Assembly: GCA_050303335.1 (NCBI GenBank)
Contig: JBNLBN010000001.1
Coordinates: forward strand, 42,239-106,238
Reading direction: 5' to 3'
Source of the DNA: Candidatus Micrarchaeia archaeon
GTDB lineage: Archaea; Micrarchaeota; Micrarchaeia; Anstonellales; Bilamarchaeaceae
DNA length: 64,000 nt
Shown: piece by piece, positions 1-7,099 of the stretch
Numbering within the stretch: the stretch's first letter is position 1
Layout: the number at the start of each line of letters is the position of its first letter
Translations under genes and position numbers: made by a program
The notes under the pieces: generated by a model
Seen by the model: only the letters and a program-made list of their open reading frames with translations
Database searches by the model: none
Told to the model about the DNA's origin: nothing

Positions 1-275
1 CGAAGACCACCTTCGATATTCCCGCCTTTATTATCGCTTCGGTGCACGGAGGGGTCCTCTTCTTCTTGTGCGAGCAGGGCTCCAGAGTTACATAAAGAGT
101 TGCTCCATTGGCATTGCTTCCGGCAGCTTTGAGGGCAGCTATCTCAGCATGATCCTCCCCTGCCTTTTTGTGGTATCCCTTCCCGATGATCTTCCCGTCC
201 TTGACAATCACCGCACCTACCTTCGGGTTCGGGTACGGATCCGCTTTTTTGGACAGGGCGATTGCTTTTTCCATC
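1..275 (-). CDS. ribD: Partial CDS running off the window edge: N-terminal CMP/dCMP-type deaminase domain of riboflavin-biosynthesis deaminase (RibD-like)
   Basis: My reverse-strand translation from the ATG at 273-275 reads MMEKAIALSKKADPYPNPKVGAVIVKDGKIIGKGYHKKAGEDHAEIAALKAAGSNANGATLYVTLEPCSHKKKRTPPCTEAIIKAGISKVVF. It carries the HAE...PCxH...PPC zinc-deaminase signature. It sits next to ribA/ribCH/ribB. There is no stop inside the window, so it is absent from the ORF track. Confidence 0.55.
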
Positions 276-307
276 ATAATATTAATTCTATTATCAGATA
301 TCAATAT

Positions 308-1150
308 ATGCGCTTCTTGGTCCTGGTGTTCGTACTTATTGTGCTTGCAGCAACGCTTCCGGTGATATTTTTGATCGGACCCCAGCTTGATCTTTCTGTA
401 CTGGAAGAGCCTTCGCATCCGCCGGCAAAAAACATAACTCCGGCAGATCCTGATGCCGTAAGGTACTTCGAACTCAAGAACCGTTCATGCGAAACGCTTT
501 CGAAAGATTTCTACATTGCTACAAGGGACATATCAGTTGCACATATCGAGGGCATAACTTCACAGTCAGACGTGGAGGAACAGGCGGCCCGCTCAATTGC
601 CGATTCATTCAACTACAACGAGAGCAGGCGCACATATGTCAAAGGCGACTGGATGAAGATTTCGAATTCCACGGCTACAAGGATCTGGAAGCAGGGGAGG
701 TACTATTTTTGCACAAAAAACTGCACGATGACCCTCCTTGACGAGGGACTTTCAAACCAGTATTATGACATGCTCTATGAACTGCGCACAAACTGCAGGT
801 ATTTTGCAAAGACGGAATTTCCAAGCATAACGGACTATATCCGGATAGAGAAAACAGGCGAAAGGACGATAAACGGCAACAGGTGCGATTATTTCGAGAT
901 CACCCCTGGCCAATTCCCGCAGAACCTCACTCAGAAACAGGACCAGCTGGTCTGGGGGCTCTCAAGGCTGAAAGGTCCGATCCACGAATGCCTCGACGAG
1001 TCGACAGGAATAGTTGTTTACAGGAACCTTACCCTGGATCTTTCTGACGAGTACATTTTCGATGTTGATGAATTCACGGTAAGCCAGGAAACTGTGCTCG
1101 AAACGTTTAGGCGGAATGTCCCGGACGAGTTCTTTGCTATTCAGAACTGA
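308..1150 (+). CDS. Hypothetical Cys-rich secreted or membrane-anchored protein with several N-glycosylation sequons
   Basis: ORF 68..1150. The likely real start is the internal Met at 308 (MRFLVLVFVLIVLAATLPVIFLIG), a signal-anchor. The ORF before that Met is antisense to the ribD fragment. There are several NxS/T sites and many Cys residues. Confidence 0.35.
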   Translation: MRFLVLVFVLIVLAATLPVIFLIGPQLDLSVLEEPSHPPAKNITPADPDAVRYFELKNRSCETLSKDFYIATRDISVAHIEGITSQSDVEEQAARSIADSFNYNESRRTYVKGDWMKISNSTATRIWKQGRYYFCTKNCTMTLLDEGLSNQYYDMLYELRTNCRYFAKTEFPSITDYIRIEKTGERTINGNRCDYFEITPGQFPQNLTQKQDQLVWGLSRLKGPIHECLDESTGIVVYRNLTLDLSDEYIFDVDEFTVSQETVLETFRRNVPDEFFAIQN

Positions 1151-1713
1151 TGGCCCATCTTCTCCTTCTTTGTCTTCATGTACGATTCGTTGTACTGGTT
1201 CGTCTTGGTGATCAGGGGGATTCTTCTTGATACTTCTATTCCGCACTCTTCTATTGCCTCGATCTTTTTCGGATTGTTGGTCATAAGCGCTATCTTCCTG
1301 ATTCCGAAATACTTCAGCATCTCTCCTGCAACCCGGTAGTCCCGCTGGTCCTCCCTGAATCCGAGTTTCAAATTAGCATCGACAGTATCCATGCCTTTAT
1401 CCTGCAGGGCATAGGCACGGATCTTGTTTGCAAGCCCTATTCCCCTTCCCTCCTGGTCAAGGTAGATCAGGATGCCGCATTCCTTTTCCTCCAAATATTC
1501 CATTGCAGCCTCAAGCTGTTCCCTGCAGTCGCAGCGAAGAGATGTCAGGGTGTCTCCTGTCAAACATCTGGAATGAATTCTTACAGGAATCTCGTCATGG
1601 ACCGGATGGCTGCACCTTACAAGCGCAAGATGGTCATGCCCATCATCCTCGAATGCATGCACCGTGAATCTTCCGAACCGTGTCGGAAGAAAAGCCTCAT
1701 CTATATGTCTCAT
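1141..1713 (-). CDS. ribA: GTP cyclohydrolase II (bacterial-type RibA)
   Basis: 190 aa with CDCREQL and EGRGIGLANKIRAYALQDKGMDTVDAN, the GTP cyclohydrolase II zinc and catalytic motifs. Confidence 0.8.
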   Translation of the reverse strand: MRHIDEAFLPTRFGRFTVHAFEDDGHDHLALVRCSHPVHDEIPVRIHSRCLTGDTLTSLRCDCREQLEAAMEYLEEKECGILIYLDQEGRGIGLANKIRAYALQDKGMDTVDANLKLGFREDQRDYRVAGEMLKYFGIRKIALMTNNPKKIEAIEECGIEVSRRIPLITKTNQYNESYMKTKKEKMGHQF

Positions 1714-2582
1714 TCCCTTATCTTCCCCATTATGTCAAGCGTCGCTTCCATCGACCGCCTTGCATATTCCTCTGCCCGCTTTTCTACCTGTTCCCTCGTG
1801 GCATCGTGGCCGATTATACCGAGCGATACCGGTTTTCCGAATCTCAGGCTTAGTTCGGCAAGCTTGTCCGCGCAGACTTTTGTTATAATCTCATCATGCG
1901 CTGTCTCGCCCTTTATCACAGCGCCAAGCGTTGCAACTCCCCGGACCTTCTTATCCATCAGCATTTTTTTCACGATAAGAGGCATATCGAAGACTCCCGG
2001 GACCTCCATAACCTTGGTCTCAAAGCCTGCCGCCTGCGCCATCTGGACCGCCTTATCAAGCATCTTTTTTGTTATGTCGCTGTTGAATTTTGAGACTACT
2101 ATTCCTATTATGAATTTCTCCTCATTGTCCACGGGCCCTTCATCCTCTTTGCCCTGTCTCAGCCCCCGGCCTGCCTGGTGCGTCAGGTGGTCTGGATCCT
2201 GGATTATTTTTACTGCATTGTGCACATGCTTTCTGATCCTGTTCTGGCAGATCTCGACGAATTCCTCCCCGCTCCATGCCTCGTTCTCATGGACGAAGAC
2301 CTCGATGACGTGCTTGTTCGTAAGGAGCTTCACGTGCTGGATCCCTATCGATGCCTCATGCGCGCACTGGGTGTCGATCGGAGCCCCCCCGACCATTCCA
2401 AGGGCCATGCATATGTCATATCCCTCATCCAGGATCCTCTTGCATTCGACAGGCAGGTCCTTTATCCCAGGCACCGTTCGTCTTGCATATTCCACTTTCG
2501 GATAGCTCTTCCTCAATTCGTCTATAGCGATCGCTCCCATGTTCACACGGGCAAAAGTCGTATCAACAATTCCTATCTTCAT
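1710..2582 (-). CDS. ribCH: Fused archaeal-type riboflavin synthase (RibC) and 6,7-dimethyl-8-ribityllumazine synthase (RibH)
   Basis: The N-terminal half (GIVDTTFARVNMG...CAHEASIG...LTNKHVIEVFVHE...AGRGLRQG) closely resembles M. jannaschii-type riboflavin synthase as I recall it. The C-terminal half (KFNSDIT...VPGVFDMPLIVKK...GAVIKGETAHDEII) resembles lumazine synthase. Confidence 0.8.
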   Translation of the reverse strand: MKIGIVDTTFARVNMGAIAIDELRKSYPKVEYARRTVPGIKDLPVECKRILDEGYDICMALGMVGGAPIDTQCAHEASIGIQHVKLLTNKHVIEVFVHENEAWSGEEFVEICQNRIRKHVHNAVKIIQDPDHLTHQAGRGLRQGKEDEGPVDNEEKFIIGIVVSKFNSDITKKMLDKAVQMAQAAGFETKVMEVPGVFDMPLIVKKMLMDKKVRGVATLGAVIKGETAHDEIITKVCADKLAELSLRFGKPVSLGIIGHDATREQVEKRAEEYARRSMEATLDIMGKIRE

Positions 2583-2693
2583 TCAAAACCTACCTCTGCT
2601 TCTCATACGTTGGTTTTCCGACAGTTCCAACGGAACTGTGGACCATTGAAGCTTTGCTTCAATTGGTGTATCCAACCTGAGTCAAAAACCTGC

Positions 2694-3335
2694 TTATGTT
2701 TTCCTAGGTGGTTTTTGGAATCCACCTGTTATGTCCTTTCCTTCTATGAATACCAGGTTGTTCTTTTTAGCATATTCCCTTGCCTGGCCCTTTGACAACG
2801 CCTTTCCGGAACCGAGCATCTCGCAGAGGACCATCACTTTCAGGCCGGCCCTCCTTCCCATCTCAAGCGCCAGCTCTGTATGGCCCTTCCTGTTTTCAAG
2901 CCCCCTTCCTATAAGGAGGAACACATGGCCGGGGGAATAGAATTCCTCATTGAATCCCTCCATCCCGCGTTCACATGACTCGTCGATCTTCCTCATTGTA
3001 AGCGACCGGTCATTGTCAGTGATTCCCGTATAGACATTGCAGTGGTTTACGGGAAGCGAAAATGCTGGCTTGTCGCCGTATGCTGTCTGCTTGCAGCTGA
3101 TCCTTTTCAGTTCCAGTTTTTCAAGCATGTCGGTAAAAAACGGCAGGCCGGCTTTTTTTGCATCATCCAGATTTATCGCCGCGCAGATAAGGCCGCCGGC
3201 ATCTTTCCTAAGCCTTTCGATAACTTCCGGGCTCGCGTATTTTGCCCCTATTATCAGGTCAGCCTCCCCCTCCCTCTCATCGCCATCGTAGATCAGGATC
3301 ATCCTGCCTGATTTCAATTCTTCTGCAGCATCCAT
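2694..3335 (-). CDS. ribB: 3,4-dihydroxy-2-butanone 4-phosphate synthase
   Basis: 213 aa with LIYDGDEREGEADLIIGA and GHTELAL, both typical DHBP synthase segments. Confidence 0.8.
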   Translation of the reverse strand: MDAAEELKSGRMILIYDGDEREGEADLIIGAKYASPEVIERLRKDAGGLICAAINLDDAKKAGLPFFTDMLEKLELKRISCKQTAYGDKPAFSLPVNHCNVYTGITDNDRSLTMRKIDESCERGMEGFNEEFYSPGHVFLLIGRGLENRKGHTELALEMGRRAGLKVMVLCEMLGSGKALSKGQAREYAKKNNLVFIEGKDITGGFQKPPRKT

Positions 3336-3380
3336 AACTATGATTTGTTGATCTACAAATAAATAGGTAGCTACCAGTTT

Positions 3381-4181
3381 TTAAGTAACAATCCTTCCTG
3401 TAGGGTCCCGGTGGCTTTTTCCGAATTCCCTGAATGAAAGTGCTTCCTGTGCCGTGAAAACCGGGCCGTCGATACAGCAGAGCTTGCCGTCAATCGCGCA
3501 GGATCCGCATACCCCCACGCCGCATTTCATGTACCTTTCAATAGAAACCTCGCAGAACTTTCCCTTTTCATTGGAAAGTTTTGCAACCGCTTCCATCATA
3601 CTTTCGGGACCGCAGGCATAAACAGCATCCGCCCGGTCGATCAAATCCTCAACCTCGACCATGACATTTCCCTGCTTTCCCCTTGATCCATCATCTGTTG
3701 TGACGTGCACCTTGCTGCAGAGGAACAGCTGCTTTTCCCAGATAATGTCCTTTTCGTTCCTTGATCCGATTACTGAATATGATTCGATCCCCTGCTCTTT
3801 TGCCATCTTGGAGAGGAAGTACATTGGAACAACTCCGTATCCGCCTCCTACGCAAAGGATCTTTTTCGCACCCTGGGGAATCGTGAACGGATTTCCGAAA
3901 GGTCCCCTGTAGGAAATAGAATCCCCTTCCTTCAGTTTCGTAATCTCAGATGAGACCTTCCCGACATTCGCGACTGATATTGTCAGCGGATCGCTGTTTC
4001 CAATCGACATTGGCCTCTCGCCAACACCCGGAATCCAGACCATCAGGAACTGTCCCGGAAGGCACTCCATCCTGTGGTCAATCTCGATTGTCCGGACCCT
4101 GTAATTCTCATCAGTCACCTTAAGGATCCTGCTAGTATGCATGTTGTTCAATATCTCAAACCTGTTCATGTGCAGCACCAA
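3381..4181 (-). CDS. pyrK: Dihydroorotate dehydrogenase electron-transfer subunit (PyrK)
   Basis: 266 aa. It has an FAD/NAD-binding ferredoxin-reductase fold and a C-terminal Cys cluster CGxGxCGxC for the 2Fe-2S centre. It overlaps pyrD. Confidence 0.75.
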   Translation of the reverse strand: MVLHMNRFEILNNMHTSRILKVTDENYRVRTIEIDHRMECLPGQFLMVWIPGVGERPMSIGNSDPLTISVANVGKVSSEITKLKEGDSISYRGPFGNPFTIPQGAKKILCVGGGYGVVPMYFLSKMAKEQGIESYSVIGSRNEKDIIWEKQLFLCSKVHVTTDDGSRGKQGNVMVEVEDLIDRADAVYACGPESMMEAVAKLSNEKGKFCEVSIERYMKCGVGVCGSCAIDGKLCCIDGPVFTAQEALSFREFGKSHRDPTGRIVT

Positions 4182-5097
4182 TTATCTCTTCAAGCTTTCT
4201 GTATCCGTTCAGTTCCATCCAGACATTTATCTCTTCGGCTATCTTCGAAAAAGCATCAAGCCCCCTGTAGTAAACAGCTGTCCCGACGCTTATCCATCGT
4301 GCTCCTGCCATCATCATCTCTATCCCGTCAACACCGGCATTTATCCCGCCCGTTCCGATTATCGGGATCTTCACTGATTCATAAATGTCATATATGCATC
4401 GCACTGCGATCGGTTTTATTGGAGGCCCTGAAAGACCGCCCATCTTGAATCCCAGCATCGGCCTTTTCCTGTGGATGTCAATTTTCATTCCCGGACCGAG
4501 CGAATTTCCCATATTAATGGCATCAGCACCTGAATCCTCTGCAGCAATTGCAGCTTTCACCTCGCCCGGCACCGAGGGAGACAATTTTATGATCAACGGA
4601 AGCTTGCAGTTGTCTTTCACTGAACCTGTAATCTGGCTGACTGATTCAGGAGTCCCCTGCCCGACCATCGTTCCGTATCCGGGAGTATGGGGGCATGAAA
4701 TCACTGCCTCGAGCGCATCCGCCCTGATTCCTGATTCCTCGACCTTTTTTGCAAGGCTGGAAAATTCCGAAGCATCCTTTCCGACAATGCTTATCACGAG
4801 CGCCTCATCCCGCTCCCATCCGTCATATTCCTTCAGCCCTTCGGCTATTCCTGGATTAGGATAGCCCATTGCATTCAGGATTCCGCATTCTGTCTCAACG
4901 ATGTTCGGGCCCTCATGACCTTTTCTCGGCTCCAGGCTCATGGATTTTGTTATGACTCCGCCGCAGCCATAATCACAGACGGATTCAAGGCTTCCTTTCG
5001 TCATGCCATAAATTCCGGAAGCCAAGAAGATCGGGTTTTTTATTTTCTTTCCGAAAAACTCGCTTGAAATATCCATATGATCCATATTCGCTCTCAT
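4156..5097 (-). CDS. pyrD: Dihydroorotate dehydrogenase (class 1B) catalytic subunit
   Basis: 313 aa with a TIM-barrel flavoenzyme signature (GGxxT...GTGGI). It is paired with pyrK. Confidence 0.8.
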   Translation of the reverse strand: MRANMDHMDISSEFFGKKIKNPIFLASGIYGMTKGSLESVCDYGCGGVITKSMSLEPRKGHEGPNIVETECGILNAMGYPNPGIAEGLKEYDGWERDEALVISIVGKDASEFSSLAKKVEESGIRADALEAVISCPHTPGYGTMVGQGTPESVSQITGSVKDNCKLPLIIKLSPSVPGEVKAAIAAEDSGADAINMGNSLGPGMKIDIHRKRPMLGFKMGGLSGPPIKPIAVRCIYDIYESVKIPIIGTGGINAGVDGIEMMMAGARWISVGTAVYYRGLDAFSKIAEEINVWMELNGYRKLEEIIGAAHEQV

Positions 5098-5191
5098 AAG
5101 CTAATAAACTTTGTTTTTTCTACAAGTTTTTTTGAATTGCCGCAGTAGCTTTATAAATTTTATAGCAGTAGAAGTTTTCGGTGGGAGTAGA

Positions 5192-5893
5192 ATGAAAAAT
5201 ATAATGCTTGTTTTCTTGATTGGTTCCATCCTCTTGTTTGGATGCACCCAGTCAACAACGGACAAAACCGGAGATAACATGGATAACTCCATGGATACCG
5301 GGGACAATATGGAAGATACCGGAGATTCAATGAATGATACCACGCAAGATTCCGGGGACAATATGGAAGATACCGGAGATTCAATGAATGGTACTGTAGA
5401 CAGTAATGGTGGAACCGGGGGCTCAAATGACCTTCTTGGAAAATCCTTTGCTGAACTATCTGTGCTTGGAATTCCCTTACAATGTGATATCACAGCGTCA
5501 ATCGAAGGACAGACAACCAACACAAAGGTCTATATGAAAGGTGATGATGAGGTAAGGTCTGAAGTCGATATTACAGTATCAAGCGGCTGCGATCAGTTCG
5601 TCTACATCATGAAAAACGGTAAGGTCTACATGGGTTGCGAAGAAGGCGAAGTCTTCGGAGACATCGCGATGTTTGAAGGATGCAACTGGATAGAGTTCGA
5701 GAAACAGGAAGGCACTGTAGAAGGCTCAGAATCCTCATACAGCTATTCGGCCTCGACTCCTGACTTCGGATCCGTTCCGGATTCTGATATCAGCTGCGTT
5801 CCATGGCTATACGATGCATCCAAATTCGATACACCCGGGAAGATCTGCAACATTGAGGAGATAATGTCCCAGCAGGGAACGACCTTCCCCTAG
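5192..5893 (+). CDS. Putative lipoprotein with acidic Met/Asp/Asn-rich tandem repeats
   Basis: ORF 5111..5893. The start is placed at MKNIMLVFLIGSILLFGCTQ, a lipobox-like LFGC. It contains a repeated DNMEDTGDSMN(D/G)T unit. Confidence 0.5.
   Translation: MKNIMLVFLIGSILLFGCTQSTTDKTGDNMDNSMDTGDNMEDTGDSMNDTTQDSGDNMEDTGDSMNGTVDSNGGTGGSNDLLGKSFAELSVLGIPLQCDITASIEGQTTNTKVYMKGDDEVRSEVDITVSSGCDQFVYIMKNGKVYMGCEEGEVFGDIAMFEGCNWIEFEKQEGTVEGSESSYSYSASTPDFGSVPDSDISCVPWLYDASKFDTPGKICNIEEIMSQQGTTFP
5298..5390 (+). repeat. Two tandem copies of a 54-nt period repeat (39-nt identical core) inside the lipoprotein gene
   Basis: ccggggacaatatggaagataccggagattcaatgaatg occurs at 5298-5336 and again at 5352-5390. 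Confidence 0.8.
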
Positions 5894-5963
5894 ATGCTCA
5901 TGGCGGGGTAACCACCTTTCCACCCACCCATCCCTCCTTCTGGTCATTGGTGGTGGCCCCCCA

Positions 5964-5978
5964 TTTCATTTTTTCTTC
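5964..5978 (+). terminator. T-rich tract downstream of the lipoprotein gene (archaeal oligo-T terminator candidate)
   Basis: tttcattttttcttc. Confidence 0.25.
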
Positions 5979-6018
5979 GAAGAACACAAGTATTAAATGC
6001 TCTTCGACATAGCTAGTC

Positions 6019-6026
6019 TTTTTATA
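6019..6026 (+). promoter_or_regulatory. Candidate TATA box upstream of ftsZ
   Basis: tttttata lies about 36-43 nt upstream of the ATG at 6062. Confidence 0.3.
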
Positions 6027-6061
6027 CCTTCTTTGATATCACTTCATAGGGTGAGTCCCAT

Positions 6062-7090
6062 ATGTTTGATGATATTATAAAATCAGCAAAAGAGGGTCCA
6101 AATACTTCTGATCTGGATAATGCAACTATTAGGATTTCTGTAATTGGTGTCGGGGGAGCCGGATGCAACTGTGTCAACCGGATTTACAACGGCGGAATAA
6201 GAAGCGCAAAGACGATGGCAATTAACACTGACGGGAAGCACCTGAACATGATCAATTCCCATAAGAAAATACTCATTGGAAAGACCATCACGAGGGGCCT
6301 TGGGGCCGGTGGTGACGCCTCGATTGCAAAGAAATGCGCCGATGTCGATGCCCAGATGCTCCGGAATGAAATAGGAGAAAACGAGATCGTCTTCCTTTGC
6401 GCTGGTATGGGCGGTGGTACAGGTGGAGGTGCTGCTGCACCGATTGCAAAGATCGCAAAAGAACAGGGTGCGACCGTAATTGCCATGGTCACATATCCGT
6501 TTGCGCTGGAGCGTGTCAGGATAAAGAAGGCGCAGGAATCGCTACAGGAACTTGTCAAGGTCTGCGACACAGTGGTCGTAATAGACAACAACAGGCTTGC
6601 TGCATATGCCCCGAACCTTCCGATCAACAAGGCATTCGAACTTGCGGATTCGATTACTACCAGGGCCGTTACCGGAATATCAGATACCATTATGTTCCCG
6701 AGCCTCATAAACGTCGACTATGCTGATGTGCAGAACGTCATGGCAAACGGAGGCCTTTCGATGATCAGCCTGGGCAAAGGTTCCGGCCATGACAAGGTCG
6801 AAAACGTAGTCAAGGACACGCTGGAGCATCCGCTTCTTGATGTTGATTACGAGGGAGCAAAAGGCTGCCTCATCCACCTTGAAGGGGGAGCCGACCTGAC
6901 ACTTGGCGATGCAATCAAGGCCGGAGAGCTCCTTACCCAGAGCTTTGACGAAGAGTCAAATATCAAGATGGGCGCAAGGATCAACCCAAACCTGAATGAT
7001 GCGATCACCATGACAGCAATAATCACAGGAGTCAAGTCTCCGTATATCCTTGGCAAGGAAGAAAAAGAGGACAACCTCGATTTCCTGTAG
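6062..7090 (+). CDS. ftsZ: Cell division GTPase FtsZ
   Basis: Tubulin signature GGGTGGG (AGMGGGTGGGAAAPIA) and a VIGVGGAGCN N-terminal motif. Confidence 0.85.
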   Translation: MFDDIIKSAKEGPNTSDLDNATIRISVIGVGGAGCNCVNRIYNGGIRSAKTMAINTDGKHLNMINSHKKILIGKTITRGLGAGGDASIAKKCADVDAQMLRNEIGENEIVFLCAGMGGGTGGGAAAPIAKIAKEQGATVIAMVTYPFALERVRIKKAQESLQELVKVCDTVVVIDNNRLAAYAPNLPINKAFELADSITTRAVTGISDTIMFPSLINVDYADVQNVMANGGLSMISLGKGSGHDKVENVVKDTLEHPLLDVDYEGAKGCLIHLEGGADLTLGDAIKAGELLTQSFDEESNIKMGARINPNLNDAITMTAIITGVKSPYILGKEEKEDNLDFL

Positions 7091-7099
7091 GTGTAGCAA

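Noticed and set aside
5101-5523. Minus-strand ORFs 5101..5523 and 5160..5426 with the repeated peptide SLNLRYLPYCPR.
   Set aside because: The peptide repeat simply reflects the 54-nt DNA repeat of the + strand lipoprotein gene. The + strand frame has a lipobox start and a coherent domain, so the antisense frames are not considered genes.
6184-6708. 174-aa minus-strand ORF and a 109-aa + strand ORF (6397..6726) nested inside ftsZ.
   Set aside because: They lie antisense to, or out of frame within, the strongly supported ftsZ gene. Their Gly/Ala-rich composition is just the reading of the GGGTGGG-coding DNA in other frames.
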